Shown piece after piece: positions 52,757 to 64,000 of a stretch of 64,000 nucleotides of DNA (positions within the stretch are counted from its first letter, which is position 1; each line of letters begins with the position of its first letter). This DNA comes from Octopus vulgaris (lineage: Eukaryota), in contig OX597838.1 of the NCBI GenBank assembly GCA_951406725.2, forward strand, positions 41,602,001-41,666,000, in the 5' to 3' direction. The position numbers were made by a program, and so were the translations under genes. The notes under the pieces were generated by a model. It was not told the DNA's origin, did no database searches, and was given only the letters and a program-made list of their open reading frames with translations.

Positions 52757-53310
52757 GTCAGGCCACTTTCGAATGCTACTGGTAACATGTAACCCAGTAT
52801 AACGTGTTGCATGGTCGGGTCATCAGCGACTAAACCGGCAACCCTGTCAAGCTTGCTTGGTGAGGAGGGTGTTTATTGGACACCCTGCAGGATGAAAAAC
52901 AAAACCTGTCAAAGGGCGGAGGAACTCTTGAGAGTCAACGGCCATCCAATAAATGTCTTAAGGCTGTATCATGCGCGGGGACATAGAAATAATCGGACTG
53001 AATACCCGATCGTGCGGTTAAACCATTGGGAGTGAAGGACTCCTAGCCTTTGTTAGGGCATCCTTCTAGGAGAAGGTAACTCAGGTAACTGGGATAACTC
53101 CGACATAAATCCTGCGGCTCAGTGGTTACCGATGATGTTGACTTGTTCTTCTTTTCGGATTATGGCTGCTGTTGCTTAGTGAGTGGGATTGACTCAGTGC
53201 ACAGCCTTTCCTCACTTCAAAAAAAATCTTCTTGCACAGGCATTGCATGATAACAACATTGATTAAGCTTCGTGCAATGGCCATACTCGATAACGAGGGG
53301 GCAGCCACCA
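52757..53310 (+). mobile_element. RTE-related non-autonomous retroelement (~550 bp) with the 3' tail of the RTE at 59681
   Basis: Near-identical inverted sibling at 61571-62070; tail ttaagcttcgtgcaatggccatactcgataacgagggggcagcc. Confidence 0.8.
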
Positions 53311-53379
53311 TATATGTATGTACGTACATACGTATGTACGTATACACACACATGCATGCACACACATGCATGCACACGC

Positions 53380-54247
53380 TGTGCAGTCAGGCTAAATTTG
53401 ACATTTTGCATGACAAGGATAGAAAACACAGTTGCCCATCCAAAAATAAAAGTATTTTTTAAAAAATCAAAAAAATATCAACAAGATTATGGCTGGGAGA
53501 TAAAAGTTTTCCCAAAGTAGCCACGCTCAGCTTCCACCATGACCTCAAGACAGCTCTGGAACCTGGCATGTCTGTTATTCCCTCTGTGCCTGGGAAGATC
53601 TTCGGACACCTCTTTGATCTTCACCATTAGTTCAGTTGTGGTGTTGCAAGCAGTGTGGTTGGTGTTTTTCTCAACTGCAGCCCTCACACTATAATCCATG
53701 GCATTAAAAAGCAAGGGAATTAAGAGGCCAGAAATTTGGGTTGGTGAAGATGTAGAAATTCTCTGACAAACACTTCTAACTCTTTCTGGAGGTATGGCAA
53801 GGAGCCAAATCCTGCTGCCACACATATGGCCTTCCAGCAACAACTCTCTCCAGCTACAGTTTGACCAATTTCCAGCAGCCTCACATGGCTGTATGAATTG
53901 AGCCTAAGGCCCTTCTCAAAGATGTGGGGGCGAATTCTGGTATGTGGATACAGTCAGAACACTTGCTGTGTCCCTTCCGACGACTTCACAGTCTCAGTTG
54001 CATCTATCCAAATCACACCTTAATTTTTACAGTATCCAAAGATGATTGAACAGCAGCCATGATGTCAGCATTTTGACACCTGTGCAAATCATCAAAAAGC
54101 AGGTAACTCTTTTCCAATAAGATGACTTCCATTCAGTTAACTTTTTCTCTTCTATGACTTTCATCTTTATTCCATCCAACAACTGTGTATGAAGCTATTC
54201 CAGATAAAAGGACGCATAAAAAATTGTCAAATTTAGCTCAAACACCC

Positions 54248-54250
<3 letters not shown>
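53380..54250 (-). mobile_element. Tc1/mariner-superfamily element relic with TIR remnants
   Basis: gctaaatttgaca at 53391 is inverted at 54225-54237; ORF ...MDYSV..VEKNTN...ELMVKIKE...RFQSCLEVMVEAERGYF. Confidence 0.7.
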
Positions 54251-54286
<36 letters not shown>

Positions 54287-54323
54287 GTATGTATGTATGT
54301 ATGTAAGTATGTATGTATGTATG

Positions 54324-54357
<34 letters not shown>

Positions 54358-54360
54358 TGT

Positions 54361-54891
54361 ATAAAGATTATAAGACAATAGAGATATACAACTGACATGT
54401 TTTAAATTCAATTTATTGACATTAGATTATAATAATACTATATCATGATATAATATAATAAATAAAAATACAAAAACAAATATTAGTCATACAAGTTGTT
54501 TCGATTCCTACCCAATAATGAATTTATAAAAAATTCATGTTTAAGGGTATGAATCTCATCAGGGTGATATTTGCCCCCAAAAAAAAGAAAACCAGACAAA
54601 CATTATATGTAAGGGTTGTTAAATCACAGAATAGGCTATGAATAGAATCCTTACATGTAATTGTTGTCAGTGTTTTGGCAAATATCACCCTGATGAGATT
54701 CATACCCTTAAACATGAATTTTTTATAAATTCATTATTGGGTAGGAATCGAAACAACTTGTATGACTAATATTTGTTTTTGTATTTTTATTTATTATATT
54801 ACATTATATTATAGTATAATTATAATCTAATGTCAATAAATTGAATTAAAAACATGTCAGTTGTATATCTCCATTGTCTTATAATCTTTAT
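54361..54891. mobile_element. 530-bp fold-back element (215-bp inverted arms), each arm with a hammerhead motif; Penelope-like inverted pLTR
   Basis: 54361-54575 is the reverse complement of 54677-54891; flanked by (TATG)n and (CATA)n. Confidence 0.85.
54679..54775 (+). ncRNA. Type-I hammerhead motif with long stem II (mirror copy on minus strand at 54477-54573)
   Basis: caaatatcacc-CTGATGA-gattc...gaatc-GAAA-caacttg-TA-tgactaatatttg; distal stem I caaatat/atatttg, proximal stem I imperfect. Confidence 0.65.
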
Positions 54892-54919
54892 ACATACATA
54901 CATACATACATGCATGCAT

Positions 54920-56298
54920 TATGGCCATCCACTCGTGACCAAGGAAGGAAGACCATTGCTGGCCTTCAGGAACATTCTGCGCTCTAGGACTAACTTATAT
55001 TTTGCATTTGCGTCTCCGTTGGTGGCTAAAGAGCCCTGCCCTTGACAAGCATACACGACTGTAAAACATTGCAGACCAAGCTTTCACCATTCACTACACC
55101 AGCAGTGCGCTTTCGAGCAGCTCGCTGAAGTCCTTCATTCTGGATACTTGCCCTCTCAAAAGTGTTGACCCCACTCCTTAACCTGCTTCCTCCATCTATG
55201 GCCATGACAGGAATTGTTCTCCCAGTCAGTCTCCTGCATATCACAGGCCTTCAATGAGGATTTGAGACAGTCATTAAATCGCAGCCTTGGTTTCTGCCGG
55301 AGTCTCCTTCCATTCACAAGTTCTCCATAGAGCAGCTGCTTAGGGATCCTTCTATCCTTCATTCTCATAAGGTGTCCAGTCCAACGTAACTGGTGCTTGT
55401 GCACCATCGCCCCAATACTCAAGATATCAGCTGTCCTCAGCACCTGTGTGTCTGGAGTTTTCAAGGTCCAGCCAACATTCAGAATGTGTCTGAGGCATCT
55501 CTGATGAAAGCATTCAAGGACACTTACATGACGTCTGTAAAGCGTCCATGTCTCGCATGAGTTAAGAAGCGATGTCAATACACATGCACAGTACACAGCA
55601 ACTTTTGTTTGTTTTGTGATGCCATGCTGGGACCAGACACGAGACTCAAGAGACCGGAAGGAATCAGTTTCTCTCTGCAGCCTGAAAAATATTTCATCAT
55701 CCAGGGAACAAGAACGGCTGAGTGTGCTGCCCAGGTAGACAAACTTGTCTGCTACCTTCAGAATTGTTCCTTCAGCCGAGATAGCTGGTTCCACATATAG
55801 ATTTCCTGGTGCAGGCTGGAACATTACAACAGTCTTATCCAGGCTAATGATGAGTCCAAATGCCCTGCAAGAAGCAGAAATGCAATTCATGAGTATTTGC
55901 ATGTCATCCACTGTACGAGTGACTAAGTCACAGTCATCTGCATAAAGGAGGTCACGGATGAGAGACTGGGAAACCTTTGAATTGGCAGCAAATCAGCGAA
56001 GATTAAAGAGGCGGCCAGAAGATCGATATCTGACATATATTCCCAGAGAGCTAACCTTAGCAAAAGCATGAGTAAAAGCAGCAGCAAAGTACAAAGAAAA
56101 GAGAGTTGGGGCAAGGATGTCACCCTACTTGACACCATTCTCTACAGGAATAGGTCCCACCATGGCACCACCAACATTGACCCAAGCCTCCATCCCATCA
56201 TGAAATGATTTAATTAGATACAAAGTGATCTGAACATCCAAGTTTGCCAAGTATTTTCCATAGAAAGGCCCTATTTACAGTATCAAAGGCCTTTGTTA
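54920..56298 (-). mobile_element. RTE (BovB-like) LINE, 5'-truncated, disrupted RT
   Basis: TKAFDTVNR, LLYADDCDL, GLIISLDKT, FVYLGS, CETWTLY, QLRWTGHLMRM, IPKQLLYGEL. Confidence 0.9.
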
Positions 56299-56311
56299 CA
56301 TACATACATAC

Positions 56312-57625
56312 ATGCAGGTGATGAAAGTTATGGAGAGGGTCATACCACAACTAATTAGGGAGAGATTTAGTTTAAATGAGATGCAGTTTGGTTTTGTGCC
56401 AGGGAGAAACATGGCTGATGCTATATTTCTGGTAAGACGGCTTCAGGAGAAATGCCTAGCCAAAGATAAACCTCTGTATTTGGCTTTTGTTGACTTTGAG
56501 AAAGCCTTTGACAGGGTCCCCTGATCCCTTATCTGGTGGTCAATGTGAAAACTAGGGATAGACGAGTGGTTGGTGAGAGCTGTACAAGCAATGTCCAGGG
56601 ATGCTGTCTGTAAGGTGAGGGTTGGCAATGAGTGTAGTGGAGAATTCAGGGTAGAAGTAGGGGTTCACAAAGAATCAGTCCTCAGCCCCCTCTTTTTCAT
56701 CATGATTCTCCAGGCAATAATAGAGGAATCCAAGACAGGCTGCCACTGGGAGATCATCTATGCTGATGACTTTGCTCTTATAGCTGAATCACTACCAGAA
56801 CTAGAAGAAGTTCCAGGTATGGAAGCAAGGTCTAGAATTGAAGGGCCTTGAACCAAAGTCTTAGTAAGTAGGAACACAGACAAATCACAAATCTCTTCAG
56901 GTAAATGGCCCTGCTTGATCTGTTGAAAAGACATAGGTAGAATCTACATAAGATGTACCTGGTGTAAGCTATGGATCCATAAGAGGTGCATCAATATCAG
57001 AGGAAGGTTAACAGGGAAAATAGTTTTTGTGTGTGAAAGATGCAAAAATGTACAGAAAATGGATTCTATCAGATGCCAGTAGGGAAAACTAGAAGTAGTC
57101 AATAGCTTCCATTACCTAGGTGACCAGGTCAGTAACAGAGGTCGATGCTCTGAAAGCATAGCTGCTAGAATAAAAATAGGCTGGGCAAAGTTCAGAGAGT
57201 TCCTACCTCTGCTAGTAACAAAGGGCCTCTTGCTCAAAGTGAAAGGCAAATTGTATGATGCCTGTGTGCAAACAGCCATGCTACACAGCATTGAAACAAG
57301 GGCTGTGATTGCTGAGGACATGTGCAGGCTTCTAAAAAATGAAGCTAGTATGCTCCACTGGATGTGTAATGTCAGTGTGCATACACGACAGAGTGTAAGT
57401 ACCCTGAGAGAAAAGTTGGGCATAAGAGGCATCAGATGTGGTGTGCAAAAGAGATGACTGTACTGGTGTGGTCATATGATGTGTATAGATAAGGACAGTT
57501 GTGTGAAAAAGTGCACTCTAATGGTGGAGGGAACCATTAGACCCAGGAAGACATAGGATGAGGTGGTGAAACAGTCTCCAAATGTTGAGCTACACAGAGG
57601 CAATGACAAGTGACTGAGACCTTTG
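56312..57625 (+). mobile_element. RTE-clade LINE (second family), 5'-truncated, disrupted RT
   Basis: QFGFVPGR..DAIF, AFVDFEKAFDRVP, VLSPLFF, YADDFAL, internal Cys cluster (CKLWIHKRC), YLGD, KGKLYDACV. Confidence 0.9.
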
Positions 57626-58124
57626 GCAATATGCCTGAGAAGACCCGTCAAGCCAAGTGGAACCGTAGTCATGGCCAATGCCAGTGTCACATAACTGGCT
57701 TGTTAAAAACACCCTTCAAACATTGGGTGATATGCTGTGCCTGTGAAGAGCTGTCCAGCCAAGTAAAATCGTAGCCATGGCCGATGACAGTGCTGTCTGA
57801 CTGGTACTCATGCCAGTGGTACGTAAAAACACCGTTTGAGCGTTGGGCCTCATGGAGGTAGTGATGGGTGACCAAGACCTTTGGCAACACACCATGCTTG
57901 TGTAGACCTTTCAAACCAAGTGAGACCATAGCCATGGCCAATGCTGGCGTCAGGTCAATGGCACATAAAAAACGCCCACTACACTCTTGGAGTGATTGGC
58001 GTTGGGAAAGGCATCCAGTCGTAGAAACCTTCCCAAATCAGATCAGAACCTTATGCAGCTCCAACCCATGCCAGCATGGAAATGGATGTTAAATGATGAT
58101 GATGATATATATATGATATATATA

Positions 58125-58161
<37 letters not shown>

Positions 58162-58227
58162 AATCGCTAGCTTCTGCACGCATTTTTTTTCTCTCCTTGT
58201 TTCTCTCCGTGTTTCTTTTCTGTGTAT

Positions 58228-58263
58228 CTTTCTGTTGAAGAGCGTAGGCTCGAAACGTAAAAG
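58228..58263 (+). ncRNA. Minimal hammerhead-like motif (core variant CUGUUGA); a second decayed motif follows at 58479-58511
   Basis: cttt-CTGTTGA-a-gagc-gtag-gctc-GAAA-cg-TA-aaag. Confidence 0.55.
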
Positions 58264-58630
58264 ACTTGTTTTATTTATATTCCTGAGCGACATACTAATA
58301 CAATTGTTTGTTTGTACTCTACCTGCCTTCGTCTTTTGTTTATTTTCATAAAGCTTCCCGTTATATATATATATATATATATATATATGATATATATGTA
58401 TGACCATGTGACCGCGTGTGTATTGTTGGTGATTTTCTTTCACCATCTTCCCTTCCTTGGATCTTTCCTTTTTCTATGTTTCTGACAAAGAGTTCTGCTT
58501 TAAACATTAAATCCTCATCCTTTCTTTCCTTTCCTGAGCGTCCAATAACACTATACTTGTTCCACATCCTCGTGTTGTTGTGTTTTCTCTTTGTGTTTTC
58601 ATGTTTGGATTAACTATATATATATACATA

Positions 58631-58726
<96 letters not shown>

Positions 58727-58753
58727 TGTATGTATGTATGTATGTATATAGCA

Positions 58754-58787
<34 letters not shown>

Positions 58788-58869
58788 GTTGCATTCCAGA
58801 AATTTAGATATTTTCTCAGGAGAGACATTAATTTCAAAGAAGTACAAAACTCTAATCTCCTTCAAAGTT

Positions 58870-59400
58870 GGATCCTCTGACTTCAGGGCAGTTGTTGTAA
58901 TGTTGCAACCATTTTGTGAAGGCTCTGAGGAAGATTCCTTTTAGCTTGGGGATCAACCAAAAGTAATAGGAATTAGGGTCTGGAATCCAAGGAGGGTGAG
59001 GGACAGTTTTGATGCCTATCTCTGTCAAGTGGTTGGTTACCAGGATGGAATTGTGGACTGAGGCATTGTCCTGGTACCGATGCCACTGACTTGAGTGGAA
59101 AACCTCTGGCTGTTTGCAACAGAATCTCTTTCAAAACCTCCACAAAGTACTCTTATTTTACTGTCAGGTCACATGTAGAGGATGCCCTTGCTGTCAAAAA
59201 AAGGGATCATCACGAGCTTCCCAGTGGACTTTCCTTACGTGACCTCCTCCTCTGCCAGTGAAAAACAGATGCTCAGCTCACACAAGTCAATTCCTCAGCA
59301 GCCAAGAGCATTTCATAAGTCTCTGCAGCCCAGTTTAACACAGGACTTCATTGCATAGCAAGCTCCCAAATTGCCTTCTGGTCCCACCTGCAGTCTGAAA
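58870..59400 (-). mobile_element. mariner transposase relic
   Basis: KLVMIPFFDSKG, QWHRYQDNASVH, IKTVPHPP across frames. Confidence 0.7.
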
Positions 59401-59680
59401 ACTAATCAGCTGTGACAGGTGGTGTTTGGTGTGACAAGATGTGTTCAAAGTGCTGTTATAACAGTCTCCTTCAATATGGAATGCCAAAAGTTGGTGGCAG
59501 GTCAGCTACTTAAATGTATGGCAATGATGTACTAAAATTTCAATAACCTAGGACAGTTATAACTGACCCCTCCCCTCAAAAATTCTCTAAACTTCTGGAA
59601 TGCACCTTGTATCTGCATACATACATATGTATACAAGTGTATGTACATACATACATAAATATATACATATATATATTATT

Positions 59681-60565
59681 ATGGCTGCCCCCTCGTTATC
59701 GAGTATGGCCATTGCACGAAGCTTAACTGTTACTGGTGCTGTGATCGAATGTGACTTTTTAGCCCAGCCAAAGATCTACAATGTCTTGTACAGAATCGGC
59801 AACTAAAACCTTTAACAGTTATAGCCGGCTGTAGTTGTAACTGGGCTTCATGTACCTTTGCATGTCATTTAAGTCCTCCTGCCGAATTACACTCTCTTCC
59901 ACATTCCCGACAGATATGATTAGTATGGTGTGTAGCACCACCATCAGGGGCCAGGTTGTCACTCATCTGTCTCATTTTATGACTACGAAGATGACTCATG
60001 AGTCCAGCTTTACTGAGGCAGGGTCTTGCACAGACATTGCATGTCAGAATCAAAGGAAGACCCTTCCCTTCTGGAAGTGTAACAGCGATGCCCTTCCTGA
60101 CATCCCTCCTTACTTTCTCATGTGCAACTCGAGATTTCTCAAAAGAGGCTGTCACCTCGTGCACAATCCTTCTCCACCTGCTACGATCAATAGCTATGCC
60201 TTCCCATGTGTCAGGAGAGATGCAAGCATCTCTTAAGGAAGCCTTCAGCAAGTCCTTATACCTCTTTGGTTTATGTGGAGCTCGTTCTCCTTTAGCTAAC
60301 TCTCCATAAAAGAGTTGTTTTGGCATCCTTGAATCCTTCATCCTGACCAGATGACCACTCCATCTGAGCCTTTGCTTTAACACAAGGGCTTCTATACTTT
60401 CACACCGAGAGCCTTCCAATATTTCAAGATCACTGATGCGGTCCTTCCACTGAATGCCATAGATCCGTCTGAGACACATCTGATGGAAATGTTCCAATTG
60501 TTTAAGGTGGTATCGATATGTGACCCACGTCTCGCATACATAGAGGAGAGAAGGGAGCACATTAT
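59681..60565 (-). mobile_element. RTE LINE 3' fragment with C-terminal C2H2 zinc fingers
   Basis: LLYVCETWVTY, RLRWSGHLVRM, PKQLFYGEL, CNVCARPCLSKAGLMSHLRSH, CRECGREC. Confidence 0.9.
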
Positions 60566-60976
60566 AGGGGAGTATCATTGCTGTCTGTTGTAGGAAAGGT
60601 TTTATACATATATACATACATACATATATATTGTTATGAAAAAAGGGGGTCGAATTAATTAATTATTAATAAATTCGACCAAGCAGTATTCGGTATGTAT
60701 GTATATATATATATATATAAAAAAAAAAAAGAAAAAGCACCAACTGATCGCGGCCGATGCCAGACCCCTCTGGCACCTGTGCAGGTGGCACGTAAAAAGC
60801 ACCCACTACACTCGCGGAGTGGTTGGCGTTAGGAAGGGCATCCAGCTGTAGAAACACTGCCAGATCAGACTGGAGCCTGGGGCAGCCCCTGGCTCCCCAG
60901 ACCTCGGTCGAACCGTCCAACCCGTGCTAGCACGGAAAACGGACATTAAACGATGATGATGATGATGATGATGATG

Positions 60977-61009
<33 letters not shown>

Positions 61010-61011
61010 CA

Positions 61012-61045
<34 letters not shown>

Positions 61046-61390
61046 AATACATACATGGTTTAGTGGTTGGGATGCTCGGCTCACAATCATAAGGTTATGA
61101 GTTCAATTCCTGGCAACACATTGTATCCTTGAGCAAGACACTTTATTTCACCTTGCTTCAGCTCACTCAGCTGGCAAAACCGAGTAGTACGTGTATTTCA
61201 AAGGGCCAGCTTTTTCACACTCTGTGTCACGCTGGATCTCCCTGAGAACTATGTTAAGGGTACACACGTGTCTGTGGATTGCTCAACCACTTTCATGTTA
61301 ATTACATGAGCAGGCTGTTCCATTGATCTTATCAGCTGGGACCCTCATCATCGTAATCAATGGAGTGCTCCTTATACATACATACATACA

Positions 61391-61424
<34 letters not shown>

Positions 61425-61570
61425 CATACATATATACATACATATAAGCATGCATACATGCATGCTTACATACATACACACATACATACTCCAATGAAGG
61501 AACTTTGGATCTATGTTAGAAACCATTTCTTTCTCTATTGCTAAGAAATCTGAATGACATACATACATAC

Positions 61571-62070
61571 ATGGTGGCTGCCCCCTCGTTATCGAGTATG
61601 GCCATTGCACGAAGCTTAATCAATGTCATTATCATGCAATGCCTGTGCAAGAAGATTTTTTTTGAAGTGAGGAAAGGCTGTGCACTGAGTCAATCCCACT
61701 CACTAAGCAACAGCAGCCATAATCCAAAAAGAAGAACAGGTCAACATCATCGGTAACCACTGAGCCGCAGGTTTTATGTCGAAGTTATCCCAGTTCCTCG
61801 AGTTACCTTCTCCTAGAAGGATGCCCTAACAAAGGCTAGGAGTCCTTCACTCCCAATGGTTTAACCGCGCGATCGGGTATTCAGTCCAATTATTTCTATG
61901 TCCCCGCGCATGATACAGCCTTAAGACATTTATTGGATGGCCGTTGACTCTCAAGAGCTCCTCCGCCCTTTGACGGGTTTTGTTTTTCATCCTGCAGGGT
62001 GACCAATAAACACCCTCTTCACCAAGCGAGCTTGGTGGGGTTGCCAGTGTAGTCGCCGACGACCCAACCA
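61571..62070 (-). mobile_element. Second copy (5'-truncated) of the RTE-related non-autonomous element
   Basis: Reverse complement of about 52812-53310. Confidence 0.8.
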
Positions 62071-63509
62071 TACATACATACACGCATACATGCACGCATA
62101 CATATATGCATACATACATGCATACATACATACATACATACATACATACATACATACATACATACATACATACATACATGCATACACACACACACACACA
62201 TACATACATACATACATACATGGCTTCATCAAGAACATCTCTACCTCTTTGCCCATTTGAAGGATACTTGAGCTTCCACAACCTCCTTTTTCATATTGAC
62301 TTGTATCTTTGAATCCTTCTGGTTCTAAGCCTGAAGTTGCTAACCATTAACCTCAGGCCCCTTTCAGTTTCCATCTACCAAATCTCTCCAGAAGGTTTTG
62401 ATTGGCACAGTGGGACTGAACCCAAGACCACATGTTTGGGAAGCAAACTTCTTAACCACACAGCCACACCCATGTCAGCCATGCCCATGGTGATAAGTAT
62501 TTGTTTAGAAAATTCAATATTTTAACAATTTGGAATGTTAAAAAGAAAATAATCCAACTAACTCTCAAATTACAGATAATCTTCCTAAATCCCTGACTGT
62601 CTTACAACAGTGATGTGGAGATCAGCAGATGATCTCAGCTGCATTAGGTGTATGGTGCCTGTATTAGTGACCGGTGGCTAAATAAGCTTTGCTATGGTGT
62701 TTACATTGTGCTAACCACCATCTAACCATCTGAGGTCCAGAGACTGATGGACAAAGTCTGTTGAATCTCTTGTTTCATCTGGAGATCAGCACCAAGAAAG
62801 TGAAGGGGATGGCAGCCACCAGGGAACCAAAGCAACACACTTTAAAGGGATCATATTACTCCTTATTGGCAAAGTCAAGTACCTGGGCTCTATTGTTGAC
62901 CAAACTGGACTTTAGGTAGGAAATCAGAGCAATTCTTCAGAGAGAGTGACAGAGAGAGAGAGAGAGATCAGGTCTACGGTTGCTCAGTACAATATGGAGT
63001 GACTGATGCCCTCAGGAAAAGCATCGAAATTTGCAAAGAACCTAGTTTGACCATTTGGATTGCATGGGTGAGGTATTTGGACCCTAAGGATGGTTGACAA
63101 CAAGACTGAGGGTGTTTGAGATGGTGAGAGATGTGGATCAGTTGGACGGCCCATTGAATAAATGGCTCAGCACACACACACTCATATGTGTGTGTGTATG
63201 TGCCAATATACACATGCTATATACATACACTCATATATACAAAAATGGCTATATATGTAAGTATATATATATATATACACACACCTATATATGTATGTGT
63301 GTGTACATACATGCACACACACACATACATATGTACACACATACATACACACACATACACACATACATACATACATACTTACATACACACAAATACATAC
63401 ATACATACTTACATACATACATACACACACATACATACATACACACACATACATACATACACACACATACATACATACATACTTACATACATACACACAC
63501 ATACACTTA

Positions 63510-64000
63510 CTTTCTAACAGGCTCGTTTTTGCATCTTCTTTTTTGCAAAAAGTTGTCTAATGCCTGCAAATTGTGATAGTCAGTTGGTGCAAGGTCTGAG
63601 GAATATGGTGGATGACAGAGGACTTCCAAGTACAGTTCCTGTAACTTGAGTAGCATTCTTTGTGCAACATGTGGTCAAGCATTGTCGTGCAAGAGAATTG
63701 GCCTGCCTCTATGGACCAATCTCGGTTGTTTAATTGCAAGTTCACTCATCATTTCATCCAATTGGTTGATGTATTTGCTGTAATTGACTTGCCAGGTCTC
63801 AAGAAGCTGCAGTGGATGACATCAGTGCTGGACCACCAAACAGACACCTTTAGCTTTTTTTAGTGAACATTCTTTTCTGGATTGTGTTTGGGCACTTTGT
63901 CTCTATCCAACCACCGTGCAGAACGCTTGCTATTGTTGAAAAGAATCAGTTTTTCATCACACGTAACAATATGCAAAAATGGCTTGCTTTTATGCCATGA
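63510..64000 (-). mobile_element. mariner transposase relic running off the window edge
   Basis: IVTCDEK, VSVWWS...VIH..FL..GKSIT, LHDNA, VLCHPPYSSDLAPTDYH. Confidence 0.8.

Overview
AT-rich, microsatellite-saturated animal genomic DNA. The SINE/LINE repertoire and the (TA)n/(CATA)n load suggest a coleoid cephalopod such as Octopus (inference). Two protein-coding genes are supportable, both on the minus strand. (1) A 4-exon short-form tRNase Z of the TM/plant TRZ1 type (23137->9000, about 397 aa). It has a possible mitochondrial presequence, and its exon 3 is present twice in an 804-bp tandem duplication. (2) A single-coding-exon Anp1/Mnn9 (GT62) type II membrane glycosyltransferase (37159->36029), a family best known from fungi. 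The rest is mobile-element debris: CR1-like, RTE and R4-like LINE fragments, a Penelope GIY-YIG relic, Tc1/mariner relics, MITEs and many tRNA-derived SINEs, plus a 1.07-kb GC-rich 19-bp minisatellite. The most striking non-coding signal is about 11 minimal type-I hammerhead-ribozyme motifs from several distinct families. Several sit in long microsatellite-flanked fold-back elements. An RTE-related non-autonomous element also carries a candidate HDV-like ribozyme at its 5' end. All calls were made by eye, and repeat boundaries are approximate.
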